Below, piece by piece: positions 1-15,550 of a DNA stretch of 64,000 nucleotides. The notes beneath the pieces are model-generated. The model ran no database searches. It saw only the letters and a program-made list of their open reading frames with translations, and had not been told where the DNA came from. The DNA lies in NCBI RefSeq assembly GCF_009914755.1, contig NC_060928.1; one strand, given 5' to 3'. The translations under genes were made by a program, and so were the position numbers. The stretch comes from the human T2T-CHM13v2.0 reference genome, Homo sapiens. Position 1 is the first letter of the stretch. Each line of letters opens with the position of its first letter.

Positions 1-48
1 CCTTTTATGTACGGATGAAACGTTTCTCCCTCTATGAGAGTGAACTAT

Positions 49-757
49 TGTGGCAGAGACTGCTGTTTTTTATCTGCTAACCACTCCTTATTTTCTTTAA
101 TAATAAAAATTTCACTTAGCCAGAGACACATTTCCTTGTCTCCCTTATAACCTGATAAGGCCATGTGCTCAAGTTATGGCTAATGAGATATAAACAGAAG
201 TAATGTGTTCCACTTCCAGTTGCTCATCTCAAAAGGAATGGGCATAGTTCCTTTCCTTCTTCTTACTGGCTATGAAGTAGACCCACCTTGAACCCAGAGA
301 TGGGAGTCACATGTTATAGCTGGAAGATTCATTCTCAGCTTCAGACTCCTGCTCTCTGTACTATTACATGAGAGAAAAACGAGAAGATATAAATGATACT
401 GCAGGTTGGGCATACCTAATCCAAAAATTCAAAATACGAAATGCTCCAAAGTCTGAAATTTTTTTGATCACCAACATGATGCTAAAAGGAAATGCTTATT
501 GAAGAATTTCAGATTTCAGATTTTTGAATTAGGGATGCTCAACCGTAAGTATAGTGCAAATATTCCAAAATGTAAAGGAAATCCAAAACCTGAAATACTT
601 CTGGTCCCAAGCATTTCAGGTAAGGGATACTCAACTGGTACATATAACATATCAAAAGTGTATAATTCTTAAGTATGTGAATGAGAAATAGTAAGACTCC
701 AAAATACAGTTGCTTAAACATCCGAAAGAATAGCTTAGCCTGAACCATAACTAATAT
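49..757 (+). mobile_element. Old MaLR (MLT1-type) LTR interrupted by a Tigger MITE
   Basis: tgtggcagag start, internal ggccatgtg...ggctaatgagatataaacagaag motif, ...cataactaatata end. Confidence 0.55.
402..638 (+). mobile_element. Tigger4a/MER46-like TcMar MITE
   Basis: Terminal inverted repeats caggttgggcataccta ... taagggatactcaactgg and internal aaatgctccaaa motif. Confidence 0.75.
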
Positions 758-1313
758 ACTCAGTGTACGGTCAGGGTCCTAGCAGGAAACAGAAGACATA
801 ATCAGATGAAAATCTGAAGATAATTTAATAAAGGTTCTATTCACAAAAAGCATCAAGGGAACCAACAAACTATTTTGAGAAACCTGCAGGCTTGTAACAA
901 CAAGAGGGCATATAACCCATAAGCCTGTAAGAGTAAGGGGGGAATTAGTATTACTGAAGCTCGTTGAGTGCTAAAGCTATAGAAGGGAGGCTGTCTGGCT
1001 GTAGCTGTAGCTTTAACTATTGCTGTAGAGGGCCTACAGCCCTGAAGCAGGCAGGAAGCGGGAGCAAGAAAAAATGTGACCCCGTTCTCCTCCTGCAGTC
1101 CTGTCTCCTGTTTTTCATAGTGATCAGCCCTACAAGGCATAAGGGGGACAGAAGGGAGTTGTGGGTAATGACCTGGGGGGTAATGCTGGAGGATAATCAG
1201 AACACCTATTAATAAATTAAAAGTGTATTATTACATCAGGATTGGCTACTTTTGACCACGCTGAAGCATATTTTTAACCATCCAATTCCTCTTGAAACAG
1301 TCTCTCTACTTAC

Positions 1314-1601
1314 TTTTTTTTTGTTTTGAGATGGAGTCTCACTATGTCACCTAGGCTGGAATGCAGTGGCATGATGTCGGCTCACTGCAAACTCCGCCTC
1401 CCGAGTTCAAGTGGATTCTCCTGCCTCAGCCTCCCGAGTAGCTGGGATTACAGGTGCGCACCACCACACCTGTATTTTTTTTTTTTTTGAATTTTTAGTA
1501 GAGACGGGATTTCACCATGTTGGCCTCAATCTCCTGACCTCGTGATCCGCTTTGGCCTCACAAAGTGCTGGGATTACAGGTGTGAGCCACCAAGCCCAGC
1601 C
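1314..1601 (-). mobile_element. AluS with small internal deletions
   Basis: Alu consensus, poly(T) end, TSD tctacttact. Confidence 0.9.
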
Positions 1602-2864
1602 TCTACTTACTACTTAACACTAATGCACTCTTCTATCACTGCTCCTGATACCATTTTATAGGTTCCTCTTTCTCTTCTTGTTTTCTGAAAGAAAACTATT
1701 TCCCAGGGCTCTGTTTTTGGATTTTTGGGCTCTATGTGGTATTGCAGGGTGAAGTCATAAACCCTCTATCTTCGACCATCACTCACTATAGATAAGCACC
1801 AAATCTCCATCTCTAACACTGATCTCTCCCCTGGAGCTAGATCAAAGGTTGCATATTTAAGTATCTATGGAATCCAGATAGGTAAAAATAATTAATTAGG
1901 CAAACAATATAACACATTAGAGAGAGAGAAGGGCTGCAGAAATCTAGAAAGATATGCCTACCTATATCTACAGGGGTGGCTATTGCTGAGTTCCAGTTGA
2001 TTTTACTATGAAGTAATGCAACCCCCACACTGTGTCTAACTTTTAAAGAAAGGCTAGAAATACAGATTTGGAAGAAGGAAAGGTGTCCTTATTTTACTTT
2101 TTTTTTATGGCAACTCCTTTTATTAAAATATTAGGTAGTTTATCTCAGAAATAAAATTGAAATCCCTATAACTAAAAACACTCAGCAGTGATGAATAAAA
2201 CAAAAATGTTTTTAGGTCGGCACAAAATTGTGGTTTTCGCCTAAATAAAATAAAACCTTTTGATTTTGAAATAAGTTTAGACTTCCAGAAGAAATACAAA
2301 AATAGTAAAAGAGTTCAAGTATATACCCTTCACTCAGCTTCCCCTAATGTTAGCAACTTATATAATCAAAGAAATATTAGCAAAACCAGAAAATATGTAC
2401 TAAACCATGGTTGTAATGTGTAACCAGCTTTTCTCCAATATCCTTTTTCTATCGGAGGACCCAACCCAGAATCCCACACTGCATTTAGTTGTTGTGTCTA
2501 TCAATTACAAAGGAAAAAAAATAACAAATAAGTTTTTAAATGAACACTGTGTTAGAAAGAAAACAGCAAAAGAAATCCCCAGGAGCTATAAACAAACAAA
2601 CAATTGTACTACAGAGTGGTAAAGATAACCCCGGGTGTTTTTGTTTTGTTTTGTTTTTTCTTTTCTTAGTCAAAGTCAGCTAGGAGTTTGTTTTTAATGC
2701 CCATATGGAAAAAGTAGATGAGACCTTGGCTCCTCTTTTAGGTTGGTGGAAGTGAAATTTCCCTATATATAAACCTGGGACCCTCAAAGAAACCATGCCC
2801 ACAGGGAAAAGGTCGGGGTGGGAGTGAGGGGAATCTACCTACCAGTCAGGACTTAAGAAAAAGA

Positions 2865-3010
2865 GGCTGGGTGTGGTGACTCATGCCTGTAATCCTACTA
2901 CTTTGGAGGCCAAGGTCGGGGATAACCTGAGTCCAGGAGTTCAAGACCAGCCTGAGCAACATGGCAAGATCCCATCTCCATAAAAATAATGGAAAAAAAA
3001 AAAAAAAAGA
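2865..3010 (+). mobile_element. Alu left monomer (FLAM/AluJ-like)
   Basis: Left arm only, followed by an A tail. Confidence 0.8.
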
Positions 3011-3647
3011 AGCTCTTAGTCTTGACTTGGGCTTAGGATAGGAAAACTTCCCCTAGGAATTCATATCCACAGGTCTGTCCCTTATATAGATTTAGGATTT
3101 AAAAGTATAAGCAAGTAGTCTAAAATCTACACAGAAACTGGACCTAGGCTTTCAAACATGGAAGAGGCAAAAGCAAAAACACTCTGGAGAAGCAACTGTA
3201 TTCGTTTATGCAATGCTTTGCACATGAAAACCTGGATCTGTGATTAAGCATTTAAGGTAACACTCATAAAACTATATCATTTGCAGTAAACATGTCTACC
3301 AAGTAAATTAAAGGACCCTTATACTATGCAGCAGCTAAAGCAAAGTAGGATTTGATTAAAAGTCCTTAGAAATGGAGGACTGTTTTAATTCTAGAAGTGG
3401 GGGAGGAGAAACTCATACCCTTTAACTGACTACTACAAGTCTTTCTAAGAACTCCAGCTTTCCATAAGACATGTACCCACTTAGGAGATCATAGGTCAGG
3501 TTTTATAATATACTTTATAATTAATATAAAAAATTAACCATGATTATAAATCAATGCCTCATTTATAGGAGCCTGGAGTCTATCATACTTGTTTTAAATG
3601 TTTTTTATACCAATTTATTTATTTATTTGTTTTGTTTTGTTTTTCTT

Positions 3648-3838
3648 GCCAACATGGTGAAATCCCATCTCTACTAAAAATACAAAAAATTAGCCAGGCA
3701 TGGTGGTAGGCACCTGTAATCCCAGCTACTTGGGAGGCTGAGGACCTGGGAAGGGGAGGTTGCAGTGAGCGGAGATCATGCCACTGCACTCCAGCCTGGG
3801 GGACAGAGTGAGACTCTGTCTCAAAAAAAAAAAAAAAA
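3648..3838 (+). mobile_element. 5'-truncated AluS
   Basis: Begins at gccaacatggtgaaa, includes the right arm and poly(A). Confidence 0.9.
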
Positions 3839-4856
3839 TGCCTTGTCCTTGTTGGTACCCATACCCATACCAGGTAAACCTATATTTGGTCACTTGATAA
3901 TCACCTGACTTTGCATGCCTTCTTAAATGTCCCATATCTTGTCATTCTGAATAGCATTCAAAATTATGTTCATCAGACGTAAATAGATATTTTACTAATT
4001 AGCATGATCCCTTACTTCTTATGTATAAGTGATTGACAGATAATAGCTGACTACCTGCCAATTTGGTTTTTGTACTCCATTGAGTATAATACCCCTCCTC
4101 AAGGTAGGAAATGTTAAGAATTTTTTTTCTCATTTACTGCTGTCTGCTGAACTAGACAGCTATCTCTAAAAGGTACACAATAATAACTGCTGCTTTTCAT
4201 AAACTGTTTATAGTCATTCACAGCCTCTATTTCTTCTGTACGCAAGTAAATCATGTTTCCAGATGAAAATGAAAAATACTTTTATTAATGGCTTTTATTA
4301 TTTTTAAAGTGCTATAATTTCAAAGATGTTAATTGTGTAAGGATGTAAATAAATGTAAACTCTCCAGGTCAATTTTCTTAAAAGGAAGTCCAGATACTAA
4401 AAACAACTTCAGGATGTAAAATGCTGGGAAACAGCACGAGCAACTCATATGCATCAGAGACGGAATCACATTGTAAGTAAAGGTGTTAGGCTGCTCTGTG
4501 GACAGGTAAAGAAGAGCCAAAACAGCTCTGGTAAACAGAACTCATAGCTACCATCCAAAGGTAAGTTAAACATACAGGTAATGTAGAGAAAGCCTGCCAT
4601 AACCACATGATGAAAGCAAGAGCACAAACAAATGTCTTCAAATCGAATGACAATAATGTTATGACTATGACTAGTATGTACCTTAGCAATCACTCAGGGA
4701 ACAGAAAAAAAATGATAGATTCAGAATATAAATTCACTAAAATGATTTCTTAGCTATTTTATACTATTATTTATGTAATAATAATTTGTTATATATTCTT
4801 ACTATTGTATTAATTTACCCATTAATAAAAGACACTAACAATAAGCCACTACATTA

Positions 4857-5178
<322 letters not shown>

Positions 5179-5286
5179 GCAGATCAGAATTCATCATTAA
5201 ATTCCTATATACAAAAATTCCATAATTAGAAATATCACCAGCAGATACAAATTTAAATATCAAGTTTGTATTAGAAAAAAAAGAAT

Positions 5287-5430
5287 GCTGGTTGGTTAAA
5301 ATGGATAGAAGACAGCAATAATGAGTCAGGTTATAGGTTCAATCCCATAGAGCCCAGCTGGGTTCACATTGAGAAAAGTACATTTCATGGTCAAAGACAG
5401 GTCCCTGATCTCAGCAAAGGGTCACACATC
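5287..5430 (+). mobile_element. Ancient tRNA-derived SINE (MamSINE1-like)
   Basis: Degenerate tRNA head gctggttggttaaaatggataga...ggttcaatccc (B-box) followed by cagctgggttcacattgagaaaa...catggtcaaagac, resembling the MamSINE1 consensus as I recall it. Confidence 0.5.
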
Positions 5431-5732
5431 TATGCTATTAGTTGAAAAGGGAATTATACTGGAGATGGTTCAAAAAACAAAAAACTATCATCATTACAGG
5501 AAATAACTCATAGCATACATCCTGATGACAAATGAATAGTGCTATTTTCTTTGTGAATAACATCTTCTGCTGCACTATTACTAACTCTAGGAAGATATGC
5601 TGGACTTCTTGGCTTTGTTTTAACACTATCCACATATCATGAAATATTATATTGCCGAGGCAGTATTTATGAAGCCAAATAGAAAGCAAACCATGAACTC
5701 CATACATAGGAAAACAACAACAAAGAATTAAT

Positions 5733-6068
<336 letters not shown>

Positions 6069-6269
6069 ATTAATGATCACAACTCTACTCCTCAATGGCG
6101 CAGGGTCAACACCAGCATTAGAACAACAGGGATCACTCAACTGTATTCTGAATAATATTTACAAAGCACCTGTGAACTAATTCTTAGCAGTTAAGAATTT
6201 TTCTTTCCCCACTATCATTTTCCTCTTGAAATAAAGCAAATTTAAAATATGCCAACTAAGGCAAGAGAT

Positions 6270-6425
6270 TTGAACCCCACCTACATCAGGATCACCTAGG
6301 GAGTTATTCCAGGGCTTATTCCAGAAACCACCAGAACCAATTTTAATAAGTATGGTGTAGGGCCCTGGGATCTGCATTTTAAACAAACACTGGAACACTA
6401 AAAGTTTGAGATGAGAATTACTGAC
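6270..6425. mobile_element. MER5A-like hAT-Charlie fragment
   Basis: catcaggatcacctaggg...gggccctgggatctgcattttaaacaa...aaagtttgaga. Confidence 0.6.
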
Positions 6426-6545
6426 TAAAAAAAAAAAAATTGCAGTTTATGTAGAATGCACACATTAGCAATATAAAAGGAAAAGAAGATGTCTACTTAT
6501 TATTTTCTCTTGTTTATTTTTCTAAATTAAGTATATTTTGTTTTA

Positions 6546-6860
<315 letters not shown>

Positions 6861-7044
6861 GTATATTTTGTTTTTAACTTAGAACTATTTAATATTCCTT
6901 AGGAAATAGTTCAACAAGCCGAATTTAAGTGGTCTCTCCATAAAGGCACTTACATGATTTACACTTCAAAACTACTGAATTTTTTAAAACCACTTAAATT
7001 CCTTCATACAATTTTTGAATTAAAATGACAAGTGTGGCTTCTTT

Positions 7045-8045
7045 TTCAACATTTAAATATAACTCACATACCACAGAATTCATCCTTTAAAGTGTACAAT
7101 TCTGTGGTTTTCAGTATTATCACAAAGCTGTGCAAACATCACCATTAAATTCAGAGCCCTTTCATCACACCAAAAAGAAACTCCGTACCTATATGGCACT
7201 CACTCCCATTTCCCTCACCCTCACACCCTGACAACCACTAATCTACTCTGTATTTCTATGGATTTGTCTATTCTGGATATTTTGTATAAGTGGAATCATA
7301 CAATATGTGGCTTTTATGTCTGGATTATTTAACTTAGCATCATGTTTTCATGGTTCATGCTGTAGCATGTCTCACTATTTCACTTCTGTTTATGGCTGAA
7401 TAATCTTCAGCATATGGATACACCATATTGTGTTAATCCATTATTAATTATTTGGTAGGCATTTGGGTTGTTTCTACTTTTTGGCTACTATGACTAATGC
7501 TGCTATAAACATTAATGAATATGTTTTTGTATGGATATGTTTCCAATTATCTTGGATATACATATAACCAAGAGTGGAATTGCTGGGTCACACGGTAACT
7601 CAATGTAAAGAATGTGCACCATTTTACATTCCCAAGAGTAATGCCTGAGGGTTACAGTTTTTACATATCTTAACCAATACTTGTTATTGTCTGTCTTTTT
7701 GCTAGTGGTTGTGAAGTGGTATCTCACGTGAGGTGGTGTGATTTGCATTTCTCCATGACTACTAATGTTAACATATTTTCACGTGCCTTTTGGCCATTCA
7801 GATATCTTCTTGGGAGGAATGTCTATTCAAATCCTTTGCCCAGTTTTTCATTAGACTATTTATCTTCTTATTCTTGAGTTGTAAGAGTCCCTTATATAAT
7901 CTGCATAGTAGACTCTTACCAAATATATGATTTGCAAATATTTTCTCCCATTCTATGGATTGTCTTTTCACTTTCCAAGTCCAGTTTATTTATTTTTGTT
8001 TTTGAGGCTTTGGTACTGTATATAGGAAGCCATTGCCTAATCAGT
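7045..8045 (-). mobile_element. L1M (L1MB-like) 3' end
   Basis: tttaaagtgtacaattc 3'UTR signature and ORF2 C-terminal remnant (YHFT..., ELPCDPAIPLL). Confidence 0.85.
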
Positions 8046-8193
8046 GTGATTCACTACTTTTATTTTTTACAAAATGAATATTTTAGTAAAAATTGGCTCT
8101 AGCCTATCATTAGCAGGAGAGTAGCCTTGCAGTCTTGTTTTGTGTCAATAGAGATTTGCTAGAAAACTGAAACTGAGTAAGAAACCATTCTGG

Positions 8194-8555
<362 letters not shown>

Positions 8556-9101
8556 CTAAACCAATAGTTTCTAAGGTAGTTATTTAACTAAATTTAAATT
8601 AACATAGATCTTCAAAAGCCAAAAGTAGTGAAGAACTTAAACTGGATTGTAAAAAAACATAGAAATAAAAATGAAAAACATGGTCTAAACTACTGACAAA
8701 ATATTTTTTCAAATTTCTAACACTCATAAGGACAAACAACCTTCTGAGGACAATAACAAATATAGAAATAAATTGCAAAATTTTTGTGGGCTGCTAAAGT
8801 GGTGGTAAACAAGTACTGAAATATGCCAAGATTATTTGTTTATAACATTTACTACTTCAGCTTTCATCAGGTTTATGAATATTTATTTGTTTTAAAATAT
8901 ATCCCCAAAAAGATACTTAATAGCCCATTTCAGAACTAGCACATCTTATGGATGATTAACATTAGCAAGGAAGAGTACTGCCTACAGAAATCTGATAGTA
9001 GTGCTCAAAGTAGTACTAAGTACACTGTTCTTTAAAAATATGCTTATTAACGTCACCAAAGGAAAGGTTGCTTAAAATATAATTATCAGTTTTTAGTCAA
9101 T

Positions 9102-9402
<301 letters not shown>

Positions 9403-9867
9403 AATTTTGTATAGATAACTTAAAAACAAACACACTTTTTTTGAGAACATAAAGTGTTTTAGATAGTATTGGAAGTCTGCCACGCAGGTATCATATCGCT
9501 CTTGTGTGACAGGTGTATTTCAGGGAAATGTATATGAATAAGATGTATATAAAAGACCAAGAGCATCACTGTTGTGTCCCCAGTGCTTGTAGTACTGAAC
9601 AAGCTTAACAAAATGCAAGTAGCAACTGCTAACTTCCTGAGGGCAGAAATTTAAAAAAAGCCTTACGTTAGAACAAGACACTCTCAAAAAGAATGTCTAA
9701 ATGCTAAAATTGCTAATACCCATCCATCTGCCTCCAGGTGGTGAAAAAGGGGAGTGTGTATAGCATTACAGTCTGGCAGGGGTAATATATGTAGCTTTAA
9801 AAGCATATTCAAATTATTATAATATTCTATTGTTTATTGGCTCCTTAATACAAACATTAAGGAACAG

Positions 9868-10189
9868 TTTTTTTATTTTTATTTTTTATTTATTTATTTA
9901 TTTATTTTGAGACAGAGTTTTGTTCTTGTTGCCCAGGCTGGAGTGCAATGTGCGATCTCAGCTCACCGCAACCTCCATCTCCCGGGTTCAAGCGATTCTC
10001 CTGCCTCAGTCTTCCGAGTAGCTGGGATTACAGGCATGCACCACCATGCCCGGCAAATTTTGTATTTTTAGTAGAGATGGGGTTCCTCCGTGTTGGTTGG
10101 ACTGGTCTTGAACTCCCGACCTCAGGTGATCCGCCCACCTCAGCTTCCCAAAGTGCTGGGATTACAGGCCTGAGTCACTGAGCCCGGCC
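9868..10189 (-). mobile_element. AluSp/Sq
   Basis: Full dimer with (TTTA)n tail. Confidence 0.92.
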
Positions 10190-12204
10190 CAGTGTGTATT
10201 TTTTACATCTATATAAAAGGTTGTGAAACTGATAAATAAAGCCTTCTTTTCTAAAGAGATTTAAATTCAGGACATTTAAGAATGTGAAAAGCAGATCCTC
10301 TTCTTTCCTGATCCTCCTTTCTTATGCTCTGCAAAGGAGTAAGAGTGGCTGACTCCTAGTTAAGGTTATGAAACAGCATCTAACTTCTTATGGGCTAATG
10401 CTTCCTTTAAACTTAGACCCAGCATTAAACCTCACAAACTAAATAAAAATACCTTCAGGGAATTACGATGAGAAGGGCATTTTGTATCTTTAAAATACAG
10501 ACCTAATTGTGGAGGTAGAGTAAAACAATATATATTTTGGTTAAATAAGGCTAGAGAAAAAGAATTCACAATTTGTTGGATTTATAAAATACAAACTTTA
10601 ATTTCTTTTTTTTTTTTCAGAGGAAAGAATTAAGATTAGGGAAATGAGAGGAGGAAGGAGATAAGGGCTTTAAATGATTCTGATCTATAATTATCAGTAT
10701 GAATTTTTCATGTTTTTCTTTTGCAGACATTTGGAATTGTCCTGTAGATTTTGTTGGCAGTTAATGATCGAGGCCTGCAGAGCACTGTTACTGTTCTTGA
10801 TCCCCCAATTCATAGGTATAATCTTTATGTCCTAAACTATTGGTCATAAATATTAGTTAGCTAAGAATGCCTAAAAGTTGTTTACAAACCATTACTTGAA
10901 AAATGAACAGCCAACATTTATAGCATATTCAGAGAAAGTTAGTTTGAAAAATAACTCAAACTGTGTATTCGAATCATTGTATGTAAAAAAATAAATAAAT
11001 AAAAATAAAAGTAGCTTTTCTTTTCCTTGTAAAACATTAGCTAGAAAAAGATTTTACTTTTTTCCCACATCACAGATCATCTTGAATGAGCAGGCCTGCA
11101 TAAAAACGATCTTCACAACTCTTTATGTAAAAGCACAAAAAAAACAAAAACACAAACCTATACACTTTTAATACAAAAAATCTGCATTATAGCCATAAAG
11201 GGGCGAATAGACCAGTCATAAAAAATAAACTCGTTTTTTAGTTGATCCAATCTTGAGCAAATGTTTAATTTTAAAATTTACTATTGTTTTATTTTCTATT
11301 ACAAGTATCTGCCTAATTCTGGGGCATCTGCTATACTAAAAGCAGAAAAAAATCATTTGGGAGATTAAAGAGAGTAAGAGAAAAATAAAAGGAGAGTCAA
11401 GGAAATGGATGGGTAGGAAAAAGAAAAAAGAAAGATGAACAGACAGAGGAAGAAGGGAAGAGGGGGCAAATTGGCTTAGTCAAGCTCTCTTGGGACAGTG
11501 TGCTGAGTTACCAGACCAGAAATGAGGGGTTGAAAGCTACTACTGATAACTGGTGCAGGCTGAAAGTGCTACTTAAGTGCCTGGTGTCTGTGGAAAAAAG
11601 AGGGAGGAGAGGTTTAAGACTAAGGATGCCAAGTACATTTCCAGCCAGCAGAGTAAAAAGGAAGCATTAACAGTAGCCTCAGGGGAAGCTAAGCATGCTA
11701 TCCCATGAGCCAGAGGGCAAATGTGGCAATAGCAGTAAGTAGCAGCTGGATAAAGGGATAAAGAAATAAAGAAACCACAGGAAAATTGGCAGCTTTAGAC
11801 CCATAAGGCTGACTCGGCCTCGTCTAGATACTTAGAGGAACAAACAGCCTGGAAAAAACACTGCCATCTTTCTACTGCCGATGGGTTACTAATCAACAAC
11901 TGAGGTGCAATCAACTAAAATTTACTTGGCAAAAATTATATTAAGCATGGATTTAACTTTGTGGAACAGAAGCTCTGCTCAGAAGATACATGTAAGATAT
12001 TCTCAGTATTTGGCATCATAATAATCAAAATCAGCATTCTCCATAACTCTCCAAATGATACTCCGAAATGTTTAAAATGAAAAAAAAAATTAAATACCTT
12101 TTTCTAATGCAGTATTTCATTAATGTTTTCTAAATATTATTTCATACCTCATAGTTTAACAAATTTAAAAAGGATACACATAAATATGCTCTATAGTATA
12201 TATT

Positions 12205-13095
12205 AGTGACCCTTTGAGTATTAAGCCCAGCCTCCATTAGCTATTCTTCCTGATGTTTTCCTTCCTCCCACCCCCCACCCTCCAAGAGGCCCCAGTGTGT
12301 GTTGTTCCCCTCCCCCTGTCCATGTGTTCTCATCATTCAGCTTCCACTTCTAGGTGAGAGCACGTGCTATTTGGTTTTCTCTTCCTGCATTAGTTTGCTG
12401 AGGATAATGGCCTCCAGCTCCACCCATGTCCCTGCAAAAGACATGATCTCATTCTTTTTTATGGCTGCATACTATTCCATGGAGTATATGTACCACATTT
12501 TCTTTATCCAGTCTATCAGTGATGGGCATTTAGGTTGATTCCATGCCTTTGCTATTGTGAACAGTGCTGCAATGAACATCCATGCAGACGTATATTTATA
12601 ATAGTATAACATATTCCTTTGGGTATATACCCAGTAATGGGATTGCTGGGTCAAATGGTGTGTCTGCCTCTAGGTCTTTGAGGAATAACCATACTGTCTT
12701 CAACAATGGTTGAACTAATTTATACTCCTACCAACAGTGTAAGAGCATTCCTTTTTCTACACAACCTCGCCAGCATCTGTTGCTTTTTGACTTTTTAATA
12801 ATAGCCATTCTGACTGGTGTGAGATGGTATCTCATTGTGGGTTTGATTTGCATTTCTCTAATGATCAGTGATGTTGAGCTTTTTTTCACAAGCTTTTTGG
12901 CCACATGTATGTCTTCTTTTGAGAAGTGTCTTTTCAAGTCCTTTGCCCACTTTTTAATTTTTTTTTTGTAAATTTGTTTAAGTTCCTTGTAGATGCTAAA
13001 TATTAGACCTTTGTCAGATGGATAGATTGCAAAAATTTTCCCCCATTCCATAGGTTGTCTGTTCACTCTGTGGATAGTTTCTTTTGCTGTCAAAT
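12205..13095 (-). mobile_element. L1PA 3' fragment (ORF2 C-terminus and 3'UTR)
   Basis: ORF 12728-13108 reads [28 protein letters not shown]...[16 protein letters not shown], which is L1 ORF2. Confidence 0.93.
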
Positions 13096-13816
13096 TATTT
13101 TCATTCATATTCTTCCATTAAAAAAAGGTTCAAAGTTATGTCATAAGGCAATCTATATTACCTTTATATGGTTTTAGAATGGAAGGTAAATACCACAATG
13201 AGAGTTCTTGTTTTAAATAAGTATGTGCTGTAATATTTTAGTATAATATCCGAAAATAAGATTTACCAAGCACAACATTTTTCAAATGACTAGGCTTGAT
13301 ATATTTGATAAACTGCAATTTGTAATTGATTAAATAAACCCTGTTGGCCTAAGAGTTGCTCAATTCTCTCTTTTCTTCATCAGGGTTATTAAGGTATTAT
13401 AAGATTGATGTTATGAAAAAAGATCCTACTCCTAAAAGAATTTCAAACATTTAAGGAAATCAAACTGAAAAGTAAGAAATGCCAATTAAGTTGTGCAATG
13501 TATATAACAAATTCTATAAGAATTCAAGGGGTGAGGAGGGGGTGGAGTCAGGGAAAAAAGTTCCTAAGGGATGTAAAATTTAAGATGGCTCCTAAACCAT
13601 GCATAACATTTGAGCAAAAATTATTTGGAAGGAAAAGATATAAAAAGAGTAAGTTAAGAAGCAGATACTTCAATAAAGCAACTGTAATTACTAAAGTTAC
13701 CTTTGGAAAATTAAGATTTGACAGCTATTACAGGTAGAGTATAGAAGGGATAGAAGGTAAAGAGAGTGATGATACATAGAAAGTCATGATACTAAAGTAG
13801 AATAAAAGACTCGGGG

Positions 13817-14485
13817 TGTTTTAGTCTGCTCTGGCTGCCATAATAAAATACCTCAGATTGTGTGGCTTAAACATGAGAAATCTAGTTCTGAAGGCTGAAT
13901 TAATTTAGAATTTCTGAAAGCTGAAAAGTCCAAGATCAAGGTTCCCATAAGATTTGGTTTATGATGAGCACTCTCCTCCTACTGTGCCCTCACATGATAG
14001 AGAGAGAGTGATCTCTGGTAACCCTTCCTCTTTCATAAAGACACCAGTTCTACTGGAACAGGGCTCCGCCCTTACGACCTCATTTAACCTTAATCACTTC
14101 CTTAAAGAATCTATCTCCAATACAATCACAGGGGTGTAATTAGGGCTCCAACATAATTTTCGGGGGACACAATTCAGGCCATAGCATTCTGCCTCTAACC
14201 TCCTAAAATTCATGCCTTTATCACACGCAAAATGCATTAATTCCATCCCAAATGCCTCCAAAGTTTTAACCCATTCCAAGGTCAACTCTAAAGTCTACAG
14301 TTCAAAGTCTCATCTAAATATCATCTAACTCAGACATGGGTGAAACTTGAGGTACGAATCATCTTTAGGCAAAATTCCTTCCCAGTTGTGAACCTCTGAA
14401 GTCAGACAGATTATTTGTTTCCAAAATACAGTGGTGGGGCAGATATAGGATAGACATTCTCATTCTAAATAGAAGAAGTAGGAAA
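13817..14485 (-). mobile_element. MLT1A-like MaLR LTR (13817-~14186) with adjacent internal sequence
   Basis: tgttttagtctgctctggctgccataataaaatacc LTR end, gggggacacaattcaggccatagca other end, followed by MaLR-internal-like sequence. Confidence 0.75.
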
Positions 14486-14629
14486 TTGTGATATAATTTT
14501 TTAAAAGCCTGTTGGGAGCATTAAGTGAGATTACATACAATAAAGTGCTTAAACTAGTTCATGAATATCAGCAGAGTAGAAGTATAAACTCCAAGAAGGC
14601 AGGGACTTTATCATCAACCACTGTATCTC

Positions 14630-14835
14630 AAGAGTTGCACAGTCAATAGGGTAGTCACTAGCCAAATGAAGCTATTTAAATTTAAATTTAAGTTAATTAA
14701 AACTAAAAATTCAGTTCCTCAGTAATATTACTCACACTTCAAGTGCTCAATAGCCACATGTGGCTAGTGGGTACAATAATGGACCATGCAGGTTTCCATC
14801 ACCACAGAAATATTAGTAGACAAGTCTGTTCTAGA
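14630..14835. mobile_element. MER3-like hAT-Charlie MITE
   Basis: cactagcca...aaattcagttcctcagt...tcaagtgctcaatagccacatgtggctagtgg. Confidence 0.75.
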
Positions 14836-14947
14836 GCCTAGAAAAGTATGTGACACTATAATTATTGAATGAAGAAATATAAAAACTATTAGCATTCATG
14901 GTTCAAGAAGAATAACAAGAAAACATCAAGAAGAATGAGTATCTTCA

Positions 14948-15247
<300 letters not shown>

Positions 15248-15317
15248 TTAGGTTAATATTGTTCAGAGTTTTGCTTTGTTATGACCTGAATCAAGAGAGG
15301 AATCAAGAGAGGAATCA

Positions 15318-15550
15318 GGAGGCTGAGGTGGGCAGATTGCTTGAGGCCAGGAGTTCGAGGCCAGCCTGGCCAACACATGGCGAAACCCCATCTCTACTAA
15401 AAATACAAAAATTAGCCAGGCGTGGTGGCACATGCTTGTAATCCCAACTTTTTGGGAGGCTGAGGCTGCAGTGAGCCAGGATCACGCCACTGCACTCCAG
15501 CCTGGGTGACAGAGCAAGACTCTGTCTCAAAAAAAAAAAAAAAAAAAAAG
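15318..15550 (+). mobile_element. 5'-truncated AluS with internal deletion
   Basis: Alu consensus, poly(A), TSD aggaatca. Confidence 0.88.

Noticed and set aside
10727-10815. Plus-strand exon-like segment (tttttcttttgcag|...catag|gtataa) suggesting an antisense lncRNA exon
   Set aside because: Weak donor, no partner exons or promoter identified, and such pseudo-exons are common in long introns.
12728-13108. 126-aa ORF with good homology to a known protein
   Set aside because: It is an L1 ORF2 C-terminal fragment from a truncated element, not a gene.
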